A stretch of 64,000 bases of DNA from Candidatus Micrarchaeota archaeon (GCA_028866575.1 JAGWHU010000001.1:197-64196), one strand, 5' to 3'. Shown: positions 48,034-57,382, counted from the stretch's first letter. Notes: a model not told the origin generated them from the letters alone. Numbers and translations: made by a program.

Positions 48034-49359
48034 ATGGACAGGAAAAAGGTAATAATACTCGGTGCTGCAGGTAGGGATTTCCACAATTTTAACGTCCTTT
48101 TCAGGAAGGATGATTCCTACGAAGTCGTTGCGTTCACCGCAAACCAGATACCATACATATCCGACAGGATTTATCCCAAGGAGCTCAGCGGCAAGTTATA
48201 TCCCAAGGGCATAAAGATATACGACGAATCGGAGCTCTCCACTTTGATAAAGAAATCCGGTGCGGACATCTGCATAATGTCCTACAGCGACCTGCCGTAC
48301 GTCGATGTTATGAGGAAGGCCAGCATGGTAAATGCCTGTGGCGCGGATTTCTGGCTTGTTGCGCCTGAAAGGACGATGATAAAATCCTCAAGGCCAGTAG
48401 TTGCCGTATGTGCTGTAAGGACTGGCAGCGGAAAAAGCCAGACGTCAAGGTATGTCGCAAAGATCCTCAGGGACATGGGGGTTAAGACCGTCATAATCAG
48501 GCATCCGATGCCATACGGGATCCTCAAGGACCAGATAGTGGAGAGATTCAGCACGATAAAGGACCTGGAGAAATACAAGACAACCATAGAGGAGAGGGAG
48601 GACTACGAGCCACACATAAGGAACAGGTTCGTGGTCTATGCAGGGGTAGACTACGGGGAGATACTGCACAAGGCCGAGGATGAATCGGATATAATAATAT
48701 GGGACGGCGGGAACAACGATGCCCCTTTCATAAAGCCGGACCTCTTCATCACAGTAGCAGATCCCCTGAGGGCAGGAAACGAGCTCACGTATTATCCGGG
48801 GGAAACGGTAGCCAGGATGGCTGACATTATCATAATAAACAAGGTAAACTCCGCCACCCCGGAGGAGCTGTCGCTGCTTGAGAAGGACATTAGGCAGATA
48901 AACGGCTCGGCAAAGGTGATATATGCCGATTCCGTGGTGATGCCGGACAATCCCGAACTCATAAAGGGGAAAAGGGTGCTTGTTGTGGAAGACGGACCGA
49001 CGATAACCCACGGGGGAATGAGGCTTGGCGCGGGAATGGTTGCAGCGAAGGACTTTGGGGCAAGCGAATTAGTAAGGGCCAAGGACTACGCAGTGGGGGA
49101 GATAAAGGCAACCTTTAAGAAGTACCCGAACCTTGGGGTTGAGCTTCCAGCGATGGGCTACAGCATAAAGCAGATAAGGGACCTTGAATCGACCATAAAC
49201 AACGCCGATTGCGACGTTGTGATTTCGGCCACGCCCACAAACCTCAGAAACATAATAAACATAAATAAGCCGATAGTGCAGGTCAATTACGAACTGGCGC
49301 CTAGGGGAAAGGAGTTCGACTCAATTATAAGAAAATTTGCAGAAGGTGAAAGGGGATGA
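48034..49359 (+). CDS. P-loop protein of the cyclic-2,3-diphosphoglycerate-synthetase-like family (COG2403)
   Basis: 441 aa. P-loop VRTGSGKSQT. Family call from memory, not verified. Confidence 0.4.
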   Translation: MDRKKVIILGAAGRDFHNFNVLFRKDDSYEVVAFTANQIPYISDRIYPKELSGKLYPKGIKIYDESELSTLIKKSGADICIMSYSDLPYVDVMRKASMVNACGADFWLVAPERTMIKSSRPVVAVCAVRTGSGKSQTSRYVAKILRDMGVKTVIIRHPMPYGILKDQIVERFSTIKDLEKYKTTIEEREDYEPHIRNRFVVYAGVDYGEILHKAEDESDIIIWDGGNNDAPFIKPDLFITVADPLRAGNELTYYPGETVARMADIIIINKVNSATPEELSLLEKDIRQINGSAKVIYADSVVMPDNPELIKGKRVLVVEDGPTITHGGMRLGAGMVAAKDFGASELVRAKDYAVGEIKATFKKYPNLGVELPAMGYSIKQIRDLESTINNADCDVVISATPTNLRNIININKPIVQVNYELAPRGKEFDSIIRKFAEGERG

Positions 49360-49751
49360 GGAAAAAAATAATACTTGCGGTGCTTTTGATATTGGGAATT
49401 GCTGACGCATCCTACCTGACGGTTGTGCATTTCCTGCCCCGCGCGCTGGAATGCCCTTCGATAGGGACAACAGTAAATTGCGAGGACGTATTGGGAAGCG
49501 TATATTCAACTGTGTTCGGTATCCCGCTCGCGGCTATCGGGCTTGTATGGTTCGTCGCTTCGCTCATTTTCCTTCTCCTGGGTTACAACAGGATAATAAA
49601 GAACATATGGATGCTTTTCGGGATTGGCGGAATCATATATTCTGCCACGACGCAGAGCATATTGGGGAAGATATGCATTTACTGCACAACGCTTGACGTG
49701 CTGATATTGCTCAGCGTCTACATGTTTCTTATGGTGAAGGACCTTGAATGA
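49356..49751 (+). CDS. VKOR-like (vitamin K epoxide reductase family) membrane thiol-disulfide oxidoreductase
   Basis: 131 aa. 4 TM. Loop Cys pair (ECPSIGTTVNC) plus TM CxxC (CIYC). This is the VKOR/DsbB-like arrangement. Confidence 0.55.
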   Translation: MRKKIILAVLLILGIADASYLTVVHFLPRALECPSIGTTVNCEDVLGSVYSTVFGIPLAAIGLVWFVASLIFLLLGYNRIIKNIWMLFGIGGIIYSATTQSILGKICIYCTTLDVLILLSVYMFLMVKDLE

Positions 49752-50883
49752 TTACAAGATTGAGGTAAGGGATCCTATACATGGAAACATACTTTTGGAC
49801 GAGACTGAATCAAGGATAATAGACACCCCTGAAATGCAGCGGCTGCGGTACATAAAGCAGCTCGACATGTCATACCTTATATTTCCAGGAGCTAATCACA
49901 CAAGATTCGAGCATTCGCTAGGCGCCATGCAGGTAACCAAGGAGCTGGTTTCCAGGACCTACGGTGATGACGAAAAGGAATTCCCGTATGTCGGGCTCCT
50001 TCATGACATAGGGCACGGGCCTTTTTCGCACCTCTCGGAGCATTTCATAAAGGAGATTGCAGGGAGGAACCATGAGCAGATAGGGGAGGATATTATAAGG
50101 AATTCGGAGATAAAGGACATAATATCGGATTCTGGGATGTCCTTCAAGAAGATAATGAGCTATTTCAATGAAGCTGACAGGATAGACATTGTCGGGGGGA
50201 TACTGGGCTCTGACAGGATAGATTACCTTATGAGGGATTCATATTATACGGGAGTTGCATACGGGATCATAGATTACGACAGGATAAAGAGCAGGATAGT
50301 TCTTTCGGGCGACAGGATTGCGATCCTTGAAAGCGGCATATCCGGAGCTGAATCCATACAGATCGCAAGGTACTTCATGCATTCCAATGTTTACACACAC
50401 CATGCCAAGCTGATTGCTTCGAGGATGCTTCATCGCGCTATAGCCTCTGCCATTGAAAACAGGGTATTTGACGTAGGCAGGCTGGAGCGCATGTATGATG
50501 ACGAGTTGATTGGCAGGTTGCTTAATTCCGGGATTGAAGAGACTGCAAGAATGGCAAGAAGAGTCATGGAGAGGCAGCTTTTCAAGAGGGCATATTACGG
50601 AAAGCTGCACAGGGACATTCATGCTGGCGAGATAGAGGATGCGATAGAAAAGGCGGGATATGGAAAAAGCAGTTTCATAGTGCACATAGTGAGCCTTGGC
50701 GGAGGGAGCGATGACATAAATGTCGTGGATTCCGATGGTAATCATGTGGGCAGGCTTACGGAGCTTTCCCCGCTTATGCAGACGCTGTCGGGAATGCTTT
50801 CCGGCTCAAGAAGGCTGATGGTGGCATGCGATGAAAAGGATGTCAACAGCATAAGCGGCATCGTGAAAAGGGCTTTGGGCTAG
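49744..50883 (+). CDS. HD-domain phosphohydrolase (dGTPase/SAMHD1-like)
   Basis: 379 aa. H…HD metal motif (RFEHSLGA…LLHDIGHGPFSH). …DRIDYLMRDSYYTG…. Confidence 0.65.
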   Translation: MNDYKIEVRDPIHGNILLDETESRIIDTPEMQRLRYIKQLDMSYLIFPGANHTRFEHSLGAMQVTKELVSRTYGDDEKEFPYVGLLHDIGHGPFSHLSEHFIKEIAGRNHEQIGEDIIRNSEIKDIISDSGMSFKKIMSYFNEADRIDIVGGILGSDRIDYLMRDSYYTGVAYGIIDYDRIKSRIVLSGDRIAILESGISGAESIQIARYFMHSNVYTHHAKLIASRMLHRAIASAIENRVFDVGRLERMYDDELIGRLLNSGIEETARMARRVMERQLFKRAYYGKLHRDIHAGEIEDAIEKAGYGKSSFIVHIVSLGGGSDDINVVDSDGNHVGRLTELSPLMQTLSGMLSGSRRLMVACDEKDVNSISGIVKRALG

Positions 50884-50927
50884 CTGGTTAGTATTATATT
50901 AATCTTTCTCCATTAAATATCTGTTGT

Positions 50928-51037
50928 GGGTCCATAGCTCAGCCTGGTCAGAGCGGCTGGCTCTTAACCAGTAGGTCGGGGGTCCAAAGTAAAATTTTGG
51001 CTAGTGCTGAATTTTAGAGGAAATCCCCCTGGACCCG
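50928..51037 (+). tRNA. tRNA-Lys (anticodon CUU) with a ~35-nt intron inside the T-loop (non-canonical position)
   Basis: Acceptor GGGTCCA/TGGACCC. D-arm GCTC…GAGC. Anticodon arm GCTGG-CTCTTAA-CCAGT. T-stem GGGGG/CCCCC encloses 42 nt instead of 7. Confidence 0.65.
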
Positions 51038-51055
51038 TAATGTTCCAATCCTTTT

Positions 51056-52024
51056 TCAAGGATACCTTTTTCTCAATTCAACCAGTTTATCCATAAGGCC
51101 GTCCATCATGGGGGTAAACTTCAGCTTGTACTTTTTCAGGTATTCGATATCCCTGAATGCAAGCTTTCTGCCGTGGTGGCGCATTATGCCTGCCTCAAAT
51201 ATCGACAGGTAAAGCGTCTCTGTTTCTTTCTCGCTAAGTTGCTTGTCCATAACCAATTTCAGGGCAAGCTTCCCATATTCAGGAATATCTTCCTTAATGA
51301 GATTTTCGATGCCTTTTTTGTCTGCAGGATCGGAGAATATTATAAGGTAATTCTCGAAGCTCTTCAAAGAGCCTACGCCCCACGGGTTGTTTATTCCTAT
51401 TCTTTTGTAGCTTTCGAGCAGCTTTTCCCTTATTGATCCTGTAGGCCTTATATTTATGGTGTCCATAATGGATTTTGCGTTTTCGAGGTTTCTCTTGGAC
51501 GGCTTATCCTTTAGGAACAATGTGGATTCGTATATCTTGTTTGCGGTTTCCTGGCTTATCCTTGCCCCTACAATGCTTGTGTATTTTTTCAATGAAGATA
51601 CAAGATGCCCGTACGGCACATCCGTTATCAATTTGACGATGCGGTCGTTTTGGCTTTTGGATATGTTTATGCCCGCGATTTCCCCCATCAGCTTTATCCT
51701 GTCCATCTCGACGTTGCTTATGTAGCCGCTTTTTTTGGCGAACTCCGACATCCTGTTGATTATGGCGTCGTAACCAGCGGCTACAACATCCTTTTCCTTG
51801 CCCCAATCAAGCTTTACGCCTGTATTTTTAATGTAGAGCTGCGCGTTCCCTGGTTGGCCCCCGAAAATGAAATAGCGTATGTATTCCTTGACGGTCCATG
51901 TTGAGGAAGGGCCGGACTTCCTTAGCAGATTACCCGCGTTTTCGAGCTCTCCTCGCTCCAGCTTTGCGATGAGATCGTCATTGAGCAGCTCTTTCGGAGC
52001 AGATTTTTCCTTTTGCATGGGCAA
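51056..52024 (-). CDS. hypothetical protein (322 aa)
   Basis: Long ORF with no motif I can assign. Lies between tRNA-Lys and endA. Confidence 0.4.
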   Translation of the reverse strand: MPMQKEKSAPKELLNDDLIAKLERGELENAGNLLRKSGPSSTWTVKEYIRYFIFGGQPGNAQLYIKNTGVKLDWGKEKDVVAAGYDAIINRMSEFAKKSGYISNVEMDRIKLMGEIAGINISKSQNDRIVKLITDVPYGHLVSSLKKYTSIVGARISQETANKIYESTLFLKDKPSKRNLENAKSIMDTINIRPTGSIREKLLESYKRIGINNPWGVGSLKSFENYLIIFSDPADKKGIENLIKEDIPEYGKLALKLVMDKQLSEKETETLYLSIFEAGIMRHHGRKLAFRDIEYLKKYKLKFTPMMDGLMDKLVELRKRYP

Positions 52025-52050
52025 TCACAGATATGCAAAAATAGGCTTGA

Positions 52051-52347
52051 TCATGCTGGCTGCCTTTCTCCAGGGTCCTTCCTCCTAAGCTCCTTAAGCT
52101 TCCTTTTCCCCGCAGATATTGCTATGGGTACTGCAGGAGCTATCGCTGCGATATAAAATGCACCAACGTGATGGCTTTCCAGATTATATATTGATTTGTC
52201 GGCATATGCAAATGCGCTTAGAAATAGGATGTTTTCCATGCTTACTATCGTTCCCCTTATTACCCCGTATCCCAGCGAAAAGCGTTGCTTCTTCGAATCT
52301 GTCATTGTTGCATGGGCTTCTGGATTATCCTTTGAAACTGAAACCAT
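52051..52347 (-). CDS. small membrane protein (98 aa)
   Basis: Two hydrophobic segments. Weak call. Confidence 0.3.
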   Translation of the reverse strand: MVSVSKDNPEAHATMTDSKKQRFSLGYGVIRGTIVSMENILFLSAFAYADKSIYNLESHHVGAFYIAAIAPAVPIAISAGKRKLKELRRKDPGERQPA

Positions 52348-52389
52348 AATATCACTATTAAGCGCTTTGCCTTGTCCAGATATTTATAC

Positions 52390-53562
52390 CTATGGCTGCA
52401 TCCAGTCTATCTCGTAATACTCGTAGTCGCTGCCCTGCAGCTCTATCCTCTTGACCCTGTAGTATGTTACCGATGATTCCCTGTCGGCTATTGCTATTAT
52501 GAGCTCCTGCCTGTTTGACTTCGCCTCGTTTATTATCGCTGATAGTTCTGCCCCGCCTATGTACTCCTCCTCGCTTAGGGAAAGCATCCCGAATCTCGGC
52601 TTGGTTTTTTCCGGGGTTTCTATCTCGTTGCCCCGCCTGTGGTATAGCGCGAAGTCTATCGCCAATGTCTTTCTCCTGCTTTTTCCAGGTATTGCGAGTA
52701 TGAAGGTCTTCCTTACCGAGTGCGCCACCCTTATCACCCTTGCCCATTCCGATATCAGGAGCTTCGTATCCCTGGGGAACACGTGTATGACGTGCATCGA
52801 ATGTATCCACGATGAATCGGTCTTTACAGGCTGTGCCCCTGGAAAATACACCCTGAAATGCGTACCGAACTTGAATCCGGTCTTTATCACGTAGCCCTTG
52901 GACCTCCAGTCTGCATATACGGAATACAGCTTTTGGAAGTCCGATCTCCTTTTTTCTGCGATCTTTATTATTTCCCTTTTGGTGAAATTGGATACGCCCA
53001 GTATTCCGAGGTTTATCAGGAAAAGTGTTTCGTATATGTCGAGCTTGTTAAGCCTGCCGTGCTCCTTCACCTTATAGGTCCCGTGCTGCCCGAACCAGTG
53101 CTCGTTGTAAATGCTTCTTCCCTTTTCCTCGTCATCAACAACGGTTATCATGTCTTCTATGAAGAAAACCCCTTTTATTGCACGTGCCTTGACCCTCAGC
53201 TGCTGCGCGTGGTATTTTTTAATTTGCATGTTAGCCTTCCCAGCGACAGGTTCGTATTTTTCAGGACCCTTTATTATAAGTCCGCGGTCCCTCCAGTCCT
53301 TGTAGGTGAAATATCTGGCCATGAACTTCTTGCCCGTGCTGAATTTCGAGGCGACGTCGTTGAACGAAAGCTCTGTCTCGCCATCGGGGGTCGTGCACCT
53401 CGCATTCCTCACGTCCATGAGGTACAATGCCTCTTCGGGAAGCATGACAAGTTTTCTTCCCTCTACTGTTCCGAAGAAGCTCCCAGTAAGTATGTCCTTA
53501 GTAGACTGGTCCACAGCGTATGTGCTCTTTTGCGTTGAATCAAAATGTATTAGCAGTGACAT
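52390..53562 (-). CDS. endA: tRNA-splicing endonuclease EndA, unusually long multi-unit form
   Basis: 390 aa. Catalytic-unit motif …KTGFKFGTHFRVYFPG…WIHSMHVIHVF… (conserved Tyr/His; Lys ~285) in the middle. Degenerate N-terminal repeat (1-~135). ~90-aa C-terminal extension. Confidence 0.65.
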   Translation of the reverse strand: MSLLIHFDSTQKSTYAVDQSTKDILTGSFFGTVEGRKLVMLPEEALYLMDVRNARCTTPDGETELSFNDVASKFSTGKKFMARYFTYKDWRDRGLIIKGPEKYEPVAGKANMQIKKYHAQQLRVKARAIKGVFFIEDMITVVDDEEKGRSIYNEHWFGQHGTYKVKEHGRLNKLDIYETLFLINLGILGVSNFTKREIIKIAEKRRSDFQKLYSVYADWRSKGYVIKTGFKFGTHFRVYFPGAQPVKTDSSWIHSMHVIHVFPRDTKLLISEWARVIRVAHSVRKTFILAIPGKSRRKTLAIDFALYHRRGNEIETPEKTKPRFGMLSLSEEEYIGGAELSAIINEAKSNRQELIIAIADRESSVTYYRVKRIELQGSDYEYYEIDWMQP

Positions 53563-53566
53563 CCTA

Positions 53567-54325
53567 TCATTCCGTTGCCCTTGCTGACAAAGCCTCCTTT
53601 TCTATATCCTTTAGCTCTGCAGGTATTATTATTACGTTGACACCACCGTAGTCAAGCGATTCCGCCTCTTTTATGCTAGTAAGCACCACTTTGGCATCAT
53701 CCTGAAGCATGTTGTGGAGTATGATTATCCTTGTAGCGGGGTTTATCACCCCTTTCTTGTAATGCGCCTCGGATTTCTCGATTATTGAAACTGCTTCCCT
53801 TATGCTTATCGTGCTTTTGCTTTTTGAATCGTAGTCCAGAAGCAGCATCGTGTGCTCGCCGTTATTAAGGTTGGTTGCTATCTTTTCGTAAAATGATACA
53901 GGGGAATAATGCTCGCTCCACCGCGGTATTGTGCATGTGCTTCCGAACCTGTAGAAATCCAGCCCGCTCTCTCCTATCGCAGTAGTCATTATAGAGTTTG
54001 CGTGGACGGCAACAGTTTTGACATTGTGTTTTTTTGCCTCTATGTAGAGTATCTTGTGCGTTGTGGCTATCAGCGGATCCCCTCCGACCAGTATCGCTAT
54101 GTCCTTCACCGAAGCCATGCTTACAAGCTCTGCCGCGCTGTCCTCCATGTCCTCCCTTGAGAGCTCGGTTATCCGCTTGCCGGTTGCGCTGGTTATGTAG
54201 TCCTTTGTGCTTTCGCCAACCGCGCTCGTGAATGTATCGATGTAGAGCTCGCAGTTCCTGCATACATCAATGGCTCCTGCGGTTATGTCCTTTTCCGAAA
54301 GGCCGAGTCCCACTAAAAAGAGCAT
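53567..54325 (-). CDS. dph5: diphthine synthase (Dph5)
   Basis: 252 aa. MLFLVGLGLS…YIDTFTS tetrapyrrole-methylase-fold N-terminus typical of Dph5. Confidence 0.75.
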   Translation of the reverse strand: MLFLVGLGLSEKDITAGAIDVCRNCELYIDTFTSAVGESTKDYITSATGKRITELSREDMEDSAAELVSMASVKDIAILVGGDPLIATTHKILYIEAKKHNVKTVAVHANSIMTTAIGESGLDFYRFGSTCTIPRWSEHYSPVSFYEKIATNLNNGEHTMLLLDYDSKSKSTISIREAVSIIEKSEAHYKKGVINPATRIIILHNMLQDDAKVVLTSIKEAESLDYGGVNVIIIPAELKDIEKEALSARATE

Positions 54326-54329
54326 GAAA

Positions 54330-55283
54330 TCAGTCTTTTATCCCTGTAGGGGTTATCTTTATCACGCATTCCCCCTCAGGCATGTTTGGCGAATCCACAA
54401 GCCTTGCAATCCTCTTGTCCTCCTTGCTCTTCTTCATGTAGAGCCTTGTTGTGGCTGCATGTGCAAGAACGTTTCCGCCTATCGGCGTAGTGGGGTCCCC
54501 GAATAGTATCCCGGGATTGTCCATCACCTGGTTGGTTATGTATACTGCAAGGTTGTACTTGTCCGCAAGCGTCTGGAGCCTGTGTATGTGCTGATTCAGC
54601 TTTTGCTGGCGTTCCCCCAGTGCGCCCCTACCTATGAATTCGGACCTGAACAGCGCCGTAAGCGAGTCAACAACTATGAGCTTTATGCCCTTTTCCAGTA
54701 TCAGCTTGTCGGCCCTCTCGACGGTGAGCACCTGCTGCTCGGTTGTGGTGGCGCGGACGACCATTATCCTCTCCAGGGATGATTCTGGATCCATGCCTGC
54801 GGCCTCTGCTATCGACTCTATCCTCTCCGGCCTGAACGTCCCTTCAGTGTCTATGAACAGGACAGACCCGTCAACCCCTCCTTTGTCCTTGGGAAGAAGC
54901 GCATTAACGCATAGCTGGAAGCCGATCTGGGTCTTCCCGCTCGCGAACCTGCCGTAAGCCTCTGTTATCGCGCACGTTTCCACGCCGCCGCCTATGAGCT
55001 CGTTGAGGCCCTTTGAGCCTGTCGATATCTTGCCGATTTCTTTCCTTTTCTTGTATACCGCGCTGCCGGTCTCATAGCTTATGGATGTCGATTCCTTCGC
55101 GGTTTGGATTGCCTTCTTTGCAGCATCAACGCTTATCCCAGCAAGCTCGTTTAGCTCATGGGGTGAAAGGGTTGCGATCTTGTCAAGCGAGTCTATCCCG
55201 GAAGACCTAAGCTTTTCCGCGGTTGTTGGACCGATGCCAGGCAAGTCCTCTAGCTCCTTTATTGATTTTTCCTTAGCCATCAA
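54330..55283 (-). CDS. radA: DNA repair and recombination protein RadA
   Basis: 317 aa. N-terminal HhH (LPGIGPTTAEKL). Walker A GRFASGKTQ. Walker B LIVVDS. Confidence 0.9.
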   Translation of the reverse strand: MMAKEKSIKELEDLPGIGPTTAEKLRSSGIDSLDKIATLSPHELNELAGISVDAAKKAIQTAKESTSISYETGSAVYKKRKEIGKISTGSKGLNELIGGGVETCAITEAYGRFASGKTQIGFQLCVNALLPKDKGGVDGSVLFIDTEGTFRPERIESIAEAAGMDPESSLERIMVVRATTTEQQVLTVERADKLILEKGIKLIVVDSLTALFRSEFIGRGALGERQQKLNQHIHRLQTLADKYNLAVYITNQVMDNPGILFGDPTTPIGGNVLAHAATTRLYMKKSKEDKRIARLVDSPNMPEGECVIKITPTGIKD

Positions 55284-55364
55284 AATCAGTCATTTAGATT
55301 ATGAATGAATAGGTATTTAAGTTTTGCAATATATGGTATCAAGGCAGCAAAATAAGGCGTTTGA

Positions 55365-55565
55365 ATGACCACCGCAAGGAAAAGGCCAATGGGCAAGAGC
55401 GATGCAATACTGGCAACGGCGCTGAGAAGATGGGAGCAGCCGGAGGTCAAGGCGGCATTCAGGAGGGAGTTCCATAAATGGGAGTTGAGGCTTAAGCCGC
55501 ATGTGGATGCCATTCGGCGCTCCGAGACCGTAACGGAAGAGGACCTCATGGCAAGGGTGCACTAG
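55365..55565 (+). CDS. small basic hypothetical protein (66 aa)
   Basis: ORF only. Weak. Confidence 0.25.
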   Translation: MTTARKRPMGKSDAILATALRRWEQPEVKAAFRREFHKWELRLKPHVDAIRRSETVTEEDLMARVH

Positions 55566-55816
55566 AAATGCGCAGCTGCAGGGGTTGTTATCTTTATACA
55601 TATGGCTGTGCTGTAGTTTATAATAAGGGCAAGCCAAGATATACTGAATGGGGAGAAATCAATTACAAAGAAGGAGTGCCAGCATGGATTACCACGCTGG
55701 CAAGACGACCAGTTTTTCACGACCTTCCTACAGTAGAGAACCCGTAATAATGTAAGGAAATATGGGTTTAAAAACCTTCCTAAATAGCGGAATATTTTCA
55801 TTTAAATGGAATATAC

Positions 55817-56518
55817 ATGGAGTTTTTGACTCTTGATATGTGGGGAGTGGTCCTTGCGATAGTTTTCGGAGTGCTTATGCTGGTACTCGGCTCTGGACTT
55901 GGAGCGTTCTTCCTGCTATCAATGATAGTTTTCCTTCTCCTTTCGGCCATAGTCACTTATACAGGGATAAAGTACAAGAGAATGCTAAAGATAGGCCAGG
56001 AGCCGCGCGGCATAAGGAACGTAATGGCCAATGGCGTGCCTCCCATCATCATGGTTGTACTTTTCTATGCCTTTGATGTTACAGGGAACGGCCAACTTGC
56101 GTTGCTTGCCGTGATAGGCTTCCTCGCAAGCGTTGCCGCGATAACAACCGACAAGTTCAGCAGCGAGATAGGGGTATTGAACGGCACGCCATATTCCATA
56201 TTCTCAATGAAGAGGGTAAAAAAGGGCACTTCCGGAGGTATAACGGTTCTTGGCTCGCTCGCAGGGCTTTTTGCGGCCTTCCTGGTGTCTCTGCTTGTTT
56301 TCTTCGCAGTAAGGCAGCTTTATGTGCTGAACGGCTACCACTCTTTCGGGCTGTGGAAGGCCATTGCATTGATAACGGTATCGGGGTTCATTGGAGGGCT
56401 CGTTGATTCCGTGCTGGGCCATTACGAGGAGAAGGGCATAGGCAACAAGTTTACCTCCAACTTCGCCTGCGGGATCGTTGCAGGCTTTGTGGCAATGGCA
56501 TTATTTGCGGTGCTGTGA
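55817..56518 (+). CDS. multi-pass membrane protein (possibly DUF92/TMEM19-like)
   Basis: 233 aa. About 7 TM. Family guess is low confidence. Confidence 0.4.
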   Translation: MEFLTLDMWGVVLAIVFGVLMLVLGSGLGAFFLLSMIVFLLLSAIVTYTGIKYKRMLKIGQEPRGIRNVMANGVPPIIMVVLFYAFDVTGNGQLALLAVIGFLASVAAITTDKFSSEIGVLNGTPYSIFSMKRVKKGTSGGITVLGSLAGLFAAFLVSLLVFFAVRQLYVLNGYHSFGLWKAIALITVSGFIGGLVDSVLGHYEEKGIGNKFTSNFACGIVAGFVAMALFAVL

Positions 56519-57375
56519 TTGGAATGCAGAAAAGCAAGGATTTGAATGGCGCAAGGGGCGTGTTTGGCAACCGCGAGGTGGTGTACTTTGGCTACGACAC
56601 CCTCAGCGCGGCAAGGAACATGGCCATAGACCACGCACTGCTACTTCGTGCAGGAAGGCAGGAGAGGTTCTTCCTGCGCTTCTATGAGTTCGAGCGCCCG
56701 GCAGTCATACTTGCGGCCCATGACCACCATAGCGTAATAAACAGCAGCAATAACGGCTTTGAGGTGTCAAGGCGCATGACTGGAGGCAGGCCGGTATATG
56801 TTGACAGGAGCAATTTCGAGTACAGCATTGCAGGGCCCCTGAAGGAGGGGGAGGCGCTGTGGACCAGCCCGACTACAAGCATACACGGTAATCTGGGGCC
56901 GCTGCTTGCAGATGCAATAGAGAGCACGCTAAACAACAGGCATGAGATAACCCTTGGCAGAAGCTCCAGCCTGAGGATCTCGGGAAAGCCAATAGCAGGG
57001 CATGGGCAGTACATAAGAAGGGGGCATTCATTCCTTTACCATGGGGTTGTGGCCGTTGACAGATGGGACACCAGAAATATAAGAAATGCGTTGAATGTGA
57101 CAGAAGAAGACTTGAAGACCCTGGAAACGCTTCCCAACATAAAGGACTTGCTGGGTAACGGGAAGAACAGGGAGATGCTCAAGGAGGAACTCGCCAATAA
57201 CATCCTTGCAAGGATACCGGAAAAAAACCTCAGCAGGATTTCCAGCCAGGAAAGAGATGACATAATGGAATATGCGCATAGGCTTGAGCTCATGAAGTAC
57301 AGCAACAGCGATTGGGTATACAGGAACGACGGCCTGCTGAGGAAGGACATGAAATTCTGCATAATAAGCCAGTAA
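56515..57375 (+). CDS. lipoate-protein ligase A family protein (LplA/LipM-like catalytic domain)
   Basis: 286 aa. …RRMTGGRPVYVDRSNFEYSIA… resembles the LplA RRxxGGGAVxHD motif. Confidence 0.5.
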   Translation: MIGMQKSKDLNGARGVFGNREVVYFGYDTLSAARNMAIDHALLLRAGRQERFFLRFYEFERPAVILAAHDHHSVINSSNNGFEVSRRMTGGRPVYVDRSNFEYSIAGPLKEGEALWTSPTTSIHGNLGPLLADAIESTLNNRHEITLGRSSSLRISGKPIAGHGQYIRRGHSFLYHGVVAVDRWDTRNIRNALNVTEEDLKTLETLPNIKDLLGNGKNREMLKEELANNILARIPEKNLSRISSQERDDIMEYAHRLELMKYSNSDWVYRNDGLLRKDMKFCIISQ

Positions 57376-57382
57376 TGCCTTT

